A stretch of 64,000 nt of DNA from an uncultured Chitinophagaceae bacterium. Lineage in GTDB: Bacteria; Bacteroidota; Bacteroidia; Chitinophagales; Chitinophagaceae. The position numbers and the translations under genes were made by a program. The notes under the pieces are model-generated. The model did not search any database. It was not told the DNA's origin and saw only the letters and a list, made by a program, of their open reading frames with translations. The DNA lies in assembly GCA_963756945.1 (NCBI GenBank), contig CAVWQJ010000005.1:218123-282122 (forward strand). Reading direction: 5' to 3'. Below, one piece after another: positions 51,486 through 60,997 of this stretch; positions within the stretch are counted from its first letter, which is position 1; the number at the start of each line of letters is the position of its first letter.

Positions 51486-53207
51486 ATGCGAAAAATGAAA
51501 CATTTCTTCCTCTTATCTTCTTTTATTTTTTTGGGCAACACTTTATTTGCCCAGAGCGTCGATGACGGTAAAAAATTCATAGACTATGAGAGATTTACCA
51601 GTGCGCAGAATGTATTAAGCAAATTAGTTGCAGCTAATCCCAATGATATAGAAGCTGTGTATTGGTTGGGGCAAACTTATATAAAGAATGGCGACAACCC
51701 TGATACGGCCGCAGCGAAAGCTTTGTATCAAAAAACTTTGCAGGCAAACCCCAACACTCCATTGCTAATGGTTGGTATGGGAGAAATTTCTTTAATGGAA
51801 GGTCAGAAAGAAGATGCCCGTAACAAATTTGAGGCAGCGATGAGCATTCCTAAAAAAAGAGATTTACCTGAAATACAAGAAGCTGTTGGCCGGGCAAATG
51901 TAGATACAAAAGGTGGAGACCCGGTGTATGCAATAGGCTTATTAAACCAGGCTGCAGACAGGGATAAAAAAAATCCTGAAGTACAAATATTATTAGGTGA
52001 TGCTTATAGAAAAATGATTGATGGGGCCAATGCTACAACAGCTTATACCAATGCATTATCGCTGGATTCTAAAAGCGCGAGAGCCGATTTCATGATTGGC
52101 CGAATTTATGAAACCCAGGGTTACGGCCAGGAGCCAATTTATATGAAGTATTATAACGCAGCAATTGCCGCCGACCCAAATTTTGCCCCTGTTTATTATT
52201 GGCTATATAACTATTATTATAAGCGTGATGTAAATAAATCCAGGGAATATCTTAATAAATATATTGCTGTTGCTGACCCTGACTCAAAAAACTGTTATGC
52301 GGAAGCTTCTCTTTTGTATGTTTCCAAGTTATATCAACAGGCAATTGCAAAATCTGATGAATGTATTTCAACCGGCGGTACAAAAGTATATCCAAACGTT
52401 TATGGTTTGAAAGCTTATTCTTACGATAAGCTTGGTGATTCGCTAAACGCTAAAAAATATTTTGACGAATTTTTCGCAAAAGTAAATCCTGATAAAATAG
52501 GGCCAAACGACTACGCCACTTATGGTAGGGTTCTTTTAAAAATTCCCGCCAAAGATTCTATCGAGCAGATGCATAATGATTCTCTTGCAGAGGTAAATAT
52601 TGACAAAGCGATAGCGCTTGATACAGTGCCTGCAAACAAATTAGATTACGTTAAATCAACGGCAGAAAGCCTTATTGCGTCTAAGAAATATGCTGATGCC
52701 GGTAAATGGTATGCAAAAATATTAACCCTTAAGCCTGATTATGGCAAAGCCGATCTGTATTATGCAGGTTACAATGATTATCGTGGTGGAGACTATGCAA
52801 GTGCAGATTCAATCTGGGGCCTATATACTCAAAAATACCCTGAGGATATTTTTGGATGGTATATGAAGGCTCATGCCCAGGAGGGAATAGATTCTACTGG
52901 TATTAACGGCTTGGCAAAACCTTCTTATGAAAAAGTAATTTCCATTGCTGATACATCCGCAGACAAAGACAAAGTAAAAGCCAATGAAATTACCGGCTAC
53001 AGGTACATGGTTGCATATTACTATAATACTAAGAAAAATGTGGATTCCGCACTTAATTATAATAGCAAAATACTTACACTTGATCCTAATGACACCCAGG
53101 CTCAAGCTAACGATAAGGCACTGAAAGCTGTACAGCAACAGCAGAATTCACAACCTGCAAAAGCATCCAAAGGTGGGGGTTCGACGGCCCCACCCGCTAA
53201 AAAATAA
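51486..53207 (+). CDS. Tetratricopeptide repeat secreted protein
   Basis: Signal peptide and many TPR-like helical repeats. Confidence 0.85.
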   Translation: MRKMKHFFLLSSFIFLGNTLFAQSVDDGKKFIDYERFTSAQNVLSKLVAANPNDIEAVYWLGQTYIKNGDNPDTAAAKALYQKTLQANPNTPLLMVGMGEISLMEGQKEDARNKFEAAMSIPKKRDLPEIQEAVGRANVDTKGGDPVYAIGLLNQAADRDKKNPEVQILLGDAYRKMIDGANATTAYTNALSLDSKSARADFMIGRIYETQGYGQEPIYMKYYNAAIAADPNFAPVYYWLYNYYYKRDVNKSREYLNKYIAVADPDSKNCYAEASLLYVSKLYQQAIAKSDECISTGGTKVYPNVYGLKAYSYDKLGDSLNAKKYFDEFFAKVNPDKIGPNDYATYGRVLLKIPAKDSIEQMHNDSLAEVNIDKAIALDTVPANKLDYVKSTAESLIASKKYADAGKWYAKILTLKPDYGKADLYYAGYNDYRGGDYASADSIWGLYTQKYPEDIFGWYMKAHAQEGIDSTGINGLAKPSYEKVISIADTSADKDKVKANEITGYRYMVAYYYNTKKNVDSALNYNSKILTLDPNDTQAQANDKALKAVQQQQNSQPAKASKGGGSTAPPAKK

Positions 53208-53225
53208 TATGAACTATTTAAAGAC

Positions 53226-53251
53226 AATCCCGTTATTGCAACGGGATTTTT
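53226..53251 (+). terminator. Intrinsic terminator
   Basis: AATCCCGTT-attgc-AACGGGATTTTT. Confidence 0.75.
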
Positions 53252-53369
53252 ATTGCGGCAAACGTTGGATTTAGCTAACTGAAATTCTTGTTTTAAAATT
53301 TTCGGGCAATTACAATCAATATGGAAAATTGAATGTTGCGTTGTATTTTTGCAAATAATATTTTTATAA

Positions 53370-53771
53370 TTGATACATACATTCTTTTTGCAGGCCGCTT
53401 CATCCGGCAATAGCACATTGGATTATCTTCCTATCGGTATTCAGTTAATATTTGCAATTGTTTTGGTTGGCGGAATAATGGTATTAACTCATGTATTCGG
53501 CCCAAAAAGAAAAACATCCGAAAAACTCGAAAATTTCGAGAGCGGTATTGAAGGGCATGGAAATGCACGCCGCCCTATGGCGATTAAATATTTTTTAATA
53601 GCGATACTATTTGTTTTGTTTGACGTAGAAGTTATTTTTTTCTATCCTTACGCTATTAATTTTCGCGAATTAGGCTGGCATGGATTTCTTGCTATCGTAA
53701 TGTTCGTTGCCTTCTTTTTATCCGGCTTTATCTATATAATTAAGAAAGGAGCATTGCATTGGGAAGAATAA
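53370..53771 (+). CDS. nuoA: NADH-quinone oxidoreductase subunit A
   Basis: FESG, YFLIAILFVLFDVE, KKGALHWE. Confidence 0.93.
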   Translation: MIHTFFLQAASSGNSTLDYLPIGIQLIFAIVLVGGIMVLTHVFGPKRKTSEKLENFESGIEGHGNARRPMAIKYFLIAILFVLFDVEVIFFYPYAINFRELGWHGFLAIVMFVAFFLSGFIYIIKKGALHWEE

Positions 53772-53898
53772 AAAATTAGCCAATTAACTGATGTGATAAT
53801 GTGATAATTGACTATGTAAGCAATATTAAAGAGAGATGACTTTAAAAATGAAAACCTGAATTAGCACATTAGCTAATTATCAAATTATAAAATTAATT

Positions 53899-54483
53899 AT
53901 GGCCCGTCCGGTTCAATATAATATTACAAACAAGCGTGTAGAAGCGCCTATTGCTTTGGCCACTGCGCCGGAAGGACTTACCGGTGAAGGTTTTTTTGCG
54001 ACCAAATTAAGTGATGTGGTTGGCCTTGCAAGAAAAAATTCTATCTGGCCTTTACCATTTGCTACAAGTTGTTGTGGGATAGAATTTATGGCGCTTATGG
54101 CTTCTCATTATGATCTTGCAAGGTTTGGTTCAGAGAGGGTAAGTTTTTCTCCGAGACAATGTGATCTTTTAATGGTAATGGGAACTATTGCCAAAAAAAT
54201 GGCGCCCATTGTAAAGCAGGTTTATCTTCAAATGGCTGAGCCACGCTGGGTTTTAGCTATGGGTGCCTGTGCAAGCAGTGGTGGAATATTCGATTCTTAT
54301 GCTGTATTACAGGGCATTGACCAGATTATTCCGGTTGATGTGTATGTGCCCGGTTGTCCTCCAAGGCCTGAGGCAGTATTAGACGGCTTTATGAAAGTGC
54401 AGGATCTGGTAGGAAAGGAGAATTTAAGACGCAGGAATTCTGACAGGTACAAAGAATTGATGAATAGCTATAACATTCAGTAA
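53899..54483 (+). CDS. nuoB: NADH-quinone oxidoreductase subunit B
   Basis: ATSCCGIE, SPRQ, GACASSGG, PGCPPRPE. Confidence 0.95.
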   Translation: MARPVQYNITNKRVEAPIALATAPEGLTGEGFFATKLSDVVGLARKNSIWPLPFATSCCGIEFMALMASHYDLARFGSERVSFSPRQCDLLMVMGTIAKKMAPIVKQVYLQMAEPRWVLAMGACASSGGIFDSYAVLQGIDQIIPVDVYVPGCPPRPEAVLDGFMKVQDLVGKENLRRRNSDRYKELMNSYNIQ

Positions 54484-54559
54484 AATGTAAAATTCAGATG
54501 AAGCTCGGATGAAAAATTATAACCCTGCATGTACCATTTTGCATTTTGAACTTTAAATT

Positions 54560-55066
54560 ATGGCATTAACCAACGAAACAATCAGGCAACAATTAACGGA
54601 GAAATTTGGTGATGATATTTATGATTGGAACGAACCTTACGGAATGCTGACTTTTACGGCTCATAAGGATTTAAATCTTAAAGTGCTCCAGTTTCTTTTC
54701 GATGATCCAACTCTTCAGTTTAGGTTTCTTACCGATCTCTGCGCTGTTCACTATCCTGAAAAAAAAGGCCAAGAATTGGCAGTGGTTTATCATCTTCATA
54801 ACCTCGTTGAAAATATTCGCATACGTTTTAAAGTTTTTACCGACGTTAGTAAGCCTGACGTATTTAGTGCAACGGCATTGTATGCTTCTGCCAACTGGAT
54901 GGAAAGAGAAACTTACGATTTTTATGGCGTAAATTTTATTGGACATCCTAATCTTGTACGGATTTTAAATGCAGATGAAATGGATTATTTTCCAATGCGC
55001 AAAGAGTATCCTTTGGAAGAACAAACAAGAGTTGATAAAGATGATGAGATGTTTGGAAGGGATTAG
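54560..55066 (+). CDS. nuoC: NADH-quinone oxidoreductase subunit C
   Basis: ANWMERETYDFYG, GHPNL, PMRKEYP. Confidence 0.93.
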   Translation: MALTNETIRQQLTEKFGDDIYDWNEPYGMLTFTAHKDLNLKVLQFLFDDPTLQFRFLTDLCAVHYPEKKGQELAVVYHLHNLVENIRIRFKVFTDVSKPDVFSATALYASANWMERETYDFYGVNFIGHPNLVRILNADEMDYFPMRKEYPLEEQTRVDKDDEMFGRD

Positions 55067-55087
55067 AAAATTTTAAATAATAAATTT

Positions 55088-55297
55088 ATGACTAAACTAT
55101 TTTTAAATTACAGGCCTGTTATCATAAATGCTATAGTCCTCTTTTCTTTATTAACTGCAATGATTTTAAAGAATGGAGATGCAAGAGATTTTTTTGTGGG
55201 GATTGCAACTGGTGCTGCCCTAATTACTTTCGGACAAAGTATAGCAAAAGTAAAATCAAAGGAAAAAAATAAGTATGCAATTGAAGATGAGGATTGA
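55088..55297 (+). CDS. Small two-TM hypothetical protein between nuoC and nuoD
   Basis: 69-aa ORF filling the spacer, A-rich initiation context. Confidence 0.55.
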   Translation: MTKLFLNYRPVIINAIVLFSLLTAMILKNGDARDFFVGIATGAALITFGQSIAKVKSKEKNKYAIEDED

Positions 55298-55364
55298 ACC
55301 TTTCAAAATTATTTTTACAAATCGGTATATAGACTTAATAAGGACAAGATCGATATCTTAAAAT

Positions 55365-56594
55365 ATGGCAGAAAACCAACATCATATTATATTACCGGAA
55401 CATTCTCTCGAAAAAAGAACAACCACTTTAAATCTTGGACCCACCCACCCTTCAACTCATGGTGTTTTTCAAAACGTTGTTGAGCTCGATGGAGAAAAAG
55501 TTGTAAGCGCTGAGCAAACTGTCGGCTACATCCACCGGGCATTTGAAAAAATTGCAGAGCATAGGCCCCTGTACCAAATTACGCCGCTCACAGATCGGTT
55601 AAACTATTGTTCTTCGCCTATTAACAATATGGGATGGCACATTTGCTGCGAAAGACTATTAAAAGTTCAAACACCAAAGCGTGTAGATTATTTGCGAATC
55701 ATCATAATGGAGTTAGCAAGAATTTCTGATCATTTAATTTGTAATTCAATCGTAGGTGTAGACTCCGGAGCTTATACAGGATTTCTTTATGTGATGCAAT
55801 ATCGTGAATTGATATATGAAATCTATGAAGAAATTTGTGGCTCACGACTAACAACAAATATTGGTAGAATTGGAGGCTTCGAAAGAAATTTTACGAATGA
55901 AGCTTTTCAGAAGCTTGAAAAATTCATTAAAGAATGGCCGGTTGTTCTTGACGAATTTGAAAATCTTTTTAACAGGAATAGAATATTTATGGATCGTACA
56001 ATAGATGTAGGGCCAATAAGTGCTGAGCGTGCATTAAATTATGGATTCACTGGTCCAAATTTACGTGCTGCGGGCGTGGATTATGATGTACGCATTCATA
56101 ATCCATACAGTAGCTACGAAGATTTTGAATTTACCATTCCGGTAGGTACTACCGGTGATTGTTACGACAGATTCCTTGTGAGAAACCAGGAGATGTGGCA
56201 AAGTTTGAAATTGATTAAGGACGCCTATCAAAAAGTTCAGGAATTCAAAGGAAAAGATGCTGAAGTTTTTCATGCAGATGTTCCTGAATATTATCTTCCT
56301 GATAAAAAAGATGTTTATACAAAAATGGAGGCACTCATTTATCACTTTAAAATTGTGATGGGTGAAATTGAAATGCCCGCGGGAGAAATCTACTCGGCAG
56401 TAGAAGGAGCAAACGGCGAATTAGGATTTTATTTAATAAGCGATGGTGGAAGAGCACCATACCGGCTGCATTTCAGAAGGCCTTGTTTTATTTATTACCA
56501 GGCCTATTCAGAATTAACCAAAGGTGGAATGTTAAGTGATGCAATTATTACCATGAGCAGTTTAAATTTAATCGCAGGTGAAATGGATGCTTAG
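55365..56594 (+). CDS. nuoD: NADH-quinone oxidoreductase subunit D
   Basis: NLGPTHPSTHG, GYIHRAFEK, DRLNY, GELG, IAGEMDA. Confidence 0.95.
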   Translation: MAENQHHIILPEHSLEKRTTTLNLGPTHPSTHGVFQNVVELDGEKVVSAEQTVGYIHRAFEKIAEHRPLYQITPLTDRLNYCSSPINNMGWHICCERLLKVQTPKRVDYLRIIIMELARISDHLICNSIVGVDSGAYTGFLYVMQYRELIYEIYEEICGSRLTTNIGRIGGFERNFTNEAFQKLEKFIKEWPVVLDEFENLFNRNRIFMDRTIDVGPISAERALNYGFTGPNLRAAGVDYDVRIHNPYSSYEDFEFTIPVGTTGDCYDRFLVRNQEMWQSLKLIKDAYQKVQEFKGKDAEVFHADVPEYYLPDKKDVYTKMEALIYHFKIVMGEIEMPAGEIYSAVEGANGELGFYLISDGGRAPYRLHFRRPCFIYYQAYSELTKGGMLSDAIITMSSLNLIAGEMDA

Positions 56595-56617
56595 AGAATA
56601 ATTGAAATAATCTTTTT

Positions 56618-56824
56618 ATGAATAAACAAAGAAAAATAGCTTTAGTTGTAAAAAAATATAGTTTTAAAGAAGCGGAGGATGCCGATGATAAGTACTGGTC
56701 AGAAACAACTGCAGAATATAGGTTGAGAGCTTTAATGGATTTAAGAGAGATGTCCCATGGAGAGCTGGTTTACCAACCGATGAAAAAAATTGTTTTTAAA
56801 TACAAAAGAAATAAGAACCAATGA
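56618..56824 (+). CDS. Small hypothetical protein (antitoxin-like), coupled to nuoE
   Basis: 68 aa, D..YW..T...RL pattern; TGA overlaps the nuoE ATG (ATGA). Confidence 0.55.
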   Translation: MNKQRKIALVVKKYSFKEAEDADDKYWSETTAEYRLRALMDLREMSHGELVYQPMKKIVFKYKRNKNQ

Positions 56825-57318
56825 TTTTTTCCGAAGAACAATTAAATAAAGTTGATGCGATAATTAAACGTTATCCCGAAGGGAAACAAAAAAGCGCTAT
56901 ACTTCCCATATTGCATATAGCTCAACAACAAGGTGGAGGGTGGCTCGATGTATCTTCAATGGATTACGTTGCATCACTATTAAGTATCAAACCTATTGAA
57001 GTATACGAAGTAGCAACTTTCTATTCAATGCTGAATACAAAACCTGTTGGTAAATATGTTTTTGAAGTTTGCCAAACCGGGCCTTGTATGCTTAATGGCA
57101 GTGATGAAATTATAAACTATATCGAAAATAAATTATCAATTAAAAGGGGAGAAACAACAGCGGATGGATTGTTTACTTTAAAGGTTGTGGAATGTTTGGG
57201 AGCGTGCGGCTATGCGCCTATGATGCAATTTGGAAAAACTTACAGAGAGCATCTTACAAAAGAGAAGGTAGATAGTATAATTGAGGAATGTGTATCGAGA
57301 ACTGTGGCTAATAATTAG
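56821..57318 (+). CDS. nuoE: NADH-quinone oxidoreductase subunit E
   Basis: VATFYSM, CQTGPC, ECLGACGYAP. Confidence 0.93.
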   Translation: MIFSEEQLNKVDAIIKRYPEGKQKSAILPILHIAQQQGGGWLDVSSMDYVASLLSIKPIEVYEVATFYSMLNTKPVGKYVFEVCQTGPCMLNGSDEIINYIENKLSIKRGETTADGLFTLKVVECLGACGYAPMMQFGKTYREHLTKEKVDSIIEECVSRTVANN

Positions 57319-57351
57319 AAAAAATTTTATTTAAACATAGATTTTTAAATT

Positions 57352-57759
57352 ATGAAACTTATCCCATATCTGCATTTTGCCGGTAATGCAAGAGAAGTAC
57401 TCAACTTTTACAAAGATGCCTTAGGTGGCGATATTGTTCAATTAGGAACCTACGGTGAAAGCCCCATGCTAAGCGACGAAGATTATAAAGATAAAGTGAT
57501 GCATGCAAGATTTGTTTTTGATGGAAATATGATTATGGTTTCAGATGTTTTTAAAGGTCAACCTGTTTCGACCGATGGGAATATACAGTTGTCAGTTGAT
57601 GTAGATAATGAAAGTAAATTGGACGAAGTGTTTAATAAAATGGCTGAAGGTGGAAGAGTAACGATGCCTTTGGCTAATCAATTCTGGGGAGCAAAATTTG
57701 GAATGCTCCAGGATAAATTTGGAGTAAGCTGGATGTTTAATTGCGAGAAGAAAGTGTAA
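57352..57759 (+). CDS. VOC/PhnB family protein
   Basis: PYLHFAGNA, VMHA, QFWGAKFG, DKFGVSW. Confidence 0.88.
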   Translation: MKLIPYLHFAGNAREVLNFYKDALGGDIVQLGTYGESPMLSDEDYKDKVMHARFVFDGNMIMVSDVFKGQPVSTDGNIQLSVDVDNESKLDEVFNKMAEGGRVTMPLANQFWGAKFGMLQDKFGVSWMFNCEKKV

Positions 57760-57770
57760 ATATTTTAATA

Positions 57771-58068
57771 GTGAATAAAATCATTCCATATTTAAAGTCG
57801 GCGGTAGCATTGCCCGATTATAAATTAAAAGTAGAATTTGACGATGGAATTGCGGGTATTATTAACTTGGAAAAATGGAAAGAAAAGGGGGCTTTTTACT
57901 TACTGGAATGATTATAAAAATTTTCAATCTTTTCGTATAACAGAAAATAAAAAAATTGAATGGAATGAAGAGATAGATATGGATTCTGACGCATTTTATT
58001 TAGAATTAATAAATAAATCATTTTCTGAATATGCTGGTGATCAGCAGTTTTTACGGTATACTCATTAA
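57771..58068 (+). CDS. DUF2442 family protein (putative antitoxin); frameshift near 57890
   Basis: GTG start, PDYKLKVEFDDG, then shifted F.YWND..F...IEWNEEIDMD; overlaps the next gene. Confidence 0.7.
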
Positions 58069-58296
58069 AATGTATTTTGGAGATCATGTGCCTACGCATT
58101 TTCATGCAGTTTATGCTGAATTTTCTGCTCAAATATCAATTCTTGACACGGGATTTTGGAAGGTTATCTTCCACCCAAAGCATTAGCGTTAGTTGTTGAA
58201 TGGGCCAGTATTCATAGAGAAGAATTGATTGAAAACTGGCAAAGTTTAAGTGAAAATGAAACGGGTTCATTTAAAAAAATAGAACCATTAAAATAA
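58031..58296 (+). CDS. DUF4160 family protein (putative HicA-like toxin); frameshift near 58155
   Basis: MLVISSFYGILIKMYFGDHVPTHFHA, then EGYLPPKALALVVEWASIHREELIENW..KKIEPLK. Confidence 0.8.
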
Positions 58297-58312
58297 TTTT
58301 TTTTTAATACGC

Positions 58313-59659
58313 ATGAAAAAATTGTTGTTGGATAAAATCAATATAGCCGGTATCAAAGGCTTTGAGGTATATCGTCGCGAAGGTGGTTATAAAAGTGTGG
58401 AGAAAGCTTTGACTATGCAGCCAGGTGATATCGTGGAAGAAGTTAAAAGGAGTGGGCTGAGAGGGCGTGGTGGTGCAGGTTTTCCAACAGGCATGAAATG
58501 GAGCTTTTTAGCAAAGCCGGAAGGTGTTGCACGATATCTTGTATGCAATGCAGACGAAAGCGAGCCGGGTACTTTTAAGGACAGGTATTTAATGGAATTT
58601 ATTCCTCATCTTTTAATAGAAGGGATGATTGCTTCATCGTTTGCGTTAGGAAGCAATATTTCGTATATCTATATCCGTGGTGAATACGATTGGATAACAG
58701 ACATTCTTGAAAATGCAATTGAAGAAGCGAGACAAAACGGGTTTCTTGGTAAAAATATTTTGGATAGTGGATTTGATTGTGAAATATATGTACATCGTGG
58801 CGCCGGTGCTTATATCTGCGGCGAAGAAACTGCGCTCCTTGAGAGTTTGGAAGGTAAGAGAGGACTGCCAAGAATTAAACCGCCTTTTCCGGCAGTAAGA
58901 GGAGTGTGGGGATGCCCAACTGTTGTTAATAATGTAGAAACTATTGCTGCAATTGTTCCGATTATTAATGATAGCGGAGAAGCCTACTCGAAGATTGGAG
59001 TTGGAAGATCTACAGGTACAAAACTTATTTCTGCATGTGGCAATATTAATAAACCCGGTGTTTATGAAATTGACATGACGATATCCGTTGAAGAATTTAT
59101 TTTCAGCAACGAATATTGTGGTGGTATTCCAAATGGGAAAAAATTGAAGGCATGTATTCCTGGTGGATCATCGGTTCCGATATTGCCCGCAAATCTTTTA
59201 TTAAAAACTGCCAAAGGCGAAACAAGAATGATGAACTATGAAAGTCTTTCTGACGGCGGTTTTGCAACGGGCAGTATGATGGGTTCAGGAGGTTTTATAG
59301 TGCTGGATGAAGATCAATGCGTAGTAAAACATACGTTAACGTTGGCAAGATTTTATCATCATGAAAGTTGTGGTCAATGTTCACCCTGCCGTGAAGGAAC
59401 TGGATGGATGGAAAAAATATTTGCAAAGATTGAAAATGGAAAAGGTGAAATGAAAGACATTGATTTGCTTTGGGATATTCAGCGAAAAATAGAAGGCAAT
59501 ACAATTTGCCCGTTGGGAGATGCAGCAGCATGGCCCGTTGCAGCAGCCATCAGGCATTTCAGAGATGAGTTTGAATGGCATGTGTTAAATCCCGAAGAAT
59601 GTTTAAAAAGAAATTTTGGGTTGGCTCATTATGCTGATCCTTTGGAAGTAGCAGTTTAA
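58313..59659 (+). CDS. nuoF: NADH-quinone oxidoreductase subunit F
   Basis: GRGGAGFPTG, NADESEPG, GAGAYICGEET, ESCGQCSPCREG. Confidence 0.96.
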   Translation: MKKLLLDKINIAGIKGFEVYRREGGYKSVEKALTMQPGDIVEEVKRSGLRGRGGAGFPTGMKWSFLAKPEGVARYLVCNADESEPGTFKDRYLMEFIPHLLIEGMIASSFALGSNISYIYIRGEYDWITDILENAIEEARQNGFLGKNILDSGFDCEIYVHRGAGAYICGEETALLESLEGKRGLPRIKPPFPAVRGVWGCPTVVNNVETIAAIVPIINDSGEAYSKIGVGRSTGTKLISACGNINKPGVYEIDMTISVEEFIFSNEYCGGIPNGKKLKACIPGGSSVPILPANLLLKTAKGETRMMNYESLSDGGFATGSMMGSGGFIVLDEDQCVVKHTLTLARFYHHESCGQCSPCREGTGWMEKIFAKIENGKGEMKDIDLLWDIQRKIEGNTICPLGDAAAWPVAAAIRHFRDEFEWHVLNPEECLKRNFGLAHYADPLEVAV

Positions 59660-59689
59660 TTAGTGAAAAATTAAAACCGAAAATGGAGA

Positions 59690-60862
59690 ATGGCTGACGA
59701 ACAAAAATTATTTAAAATAACGGTAGACAATATCACTATTGATGTTCCGGCAGGGACAACCATTCTAAATGCTGCTCGGATGATAGGCCACGAAGTAGCG
59801 CCACCAGCTATGTGCTATTATAGTAAATTGAAAGATAGTGGTGGTAAATGCAGAACGTGTTTGGTGGAAGTAGCCGCAGGCTCAACTGCAGACCCAAGGC
59901 CAATGCCCAAATTGGTAGCATCTTGCAGAACCAACGTAATGGATGGAATGGTGGTAAAAAATGTAACCAGTGATAAAGTGCAGGATGCGAGAAAAGGAGT
60001 TGTTGAATTTTTGTTGATTAATCATCCCTTAGATTGCCCTGTTTGCGACCAGGCAGGTGAATGTCAATTACAGGATTTGGGATATGAACATGGAGCAGTT
60101 CAAACCCGCTATGAATTTAAACGTCGAACTTTTGTAAGGGAGGATATCGGGCCGTATATTCAGTTGCACATGACACGATGCATTCTTTGTTACCGTTGTG
60201 TGTATGTTGCAGATCAACTAACTGATAATCGCGTGCATGGTATTTTAGATAGGGGAGATCAATCAGATATTTCCACCTATATTTCAAAAGCAATTGATAA
60301 TGATTTCAGCGGCAATGTGATTGATGTTTGCCCGGTTGGGGCGCTTACCGACAGAACATTCAGATTTAAAAACCGGGTGTGGTTTTTAAAACCAATGGAT
60401 GCTCATCGTGATTGTGATAAATGTTGCGGTAAAGTTACTTTATGGAACCGTGGAGACGAAGTATATCGTGTTACATGCGCGTAAAGATCAATGGGGTGAG
60501 GTGCAGAGCGATGAAACTGGAAAAGCCAATGTGGATCTGCAATACGTGCCGCTTCGATAAAAAGAAAACTTCTGATTGGGTTATTGAAAAGCCAACATGC
60601 TATCAACAGGCATTCTGTAATTTCAAGCAATCATTACGAAGTAAAAGTGATACCTCACGATCCACTGGATAAATTATTAAATGGAAGAAGCCCATTGTTA
60701 TTAATGGACATTCATGAAAACAGCAAAGTGAATCAGCCCGAAGTTCATTTAGACGAACTATTTGGACCGGCAACCGGCAAAACTTTTAATGGTGAACCTT
60801 TTGCAACAGGACATAATGTAACCGATATTAAAGAAGATGAATCAATAGACAATAAAAAATAA
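59690..60862 (+). CDS. nuoG: Short Bacteroidota-type NuoG; three single-base insertions at ~60477-60597
   Basis: CRTC, HPLDCPVCDQAGEC, CILCYRC, CPVGAL; corrected frame continues RVTARKDQWGEV..WICNTCRF..HSVISSNHY. Confidence 0.88.
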
Positions 60863-60926
60863 GAATAGACAATAGCAATTGACAACAAAATAAATAATCT
60901 TAACTAAAAATCTATATATACATCTT

Positions 60927-60960
60927 GTCCTTCTCTTTCGGAGAAGGATTTGGATGAGGC
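60927..60960 (+). repeat. Dispersed 34-nt REP-like repeat, copy 2
   Basis: GTCCTTCTCTTTCGGAGAAGGATTTGGATGAGGC. Confidence 0.75.
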
Positions 60961-60997
60961 TTTATACTTTTATATTTTGAATTTTACATTTTCGTTT

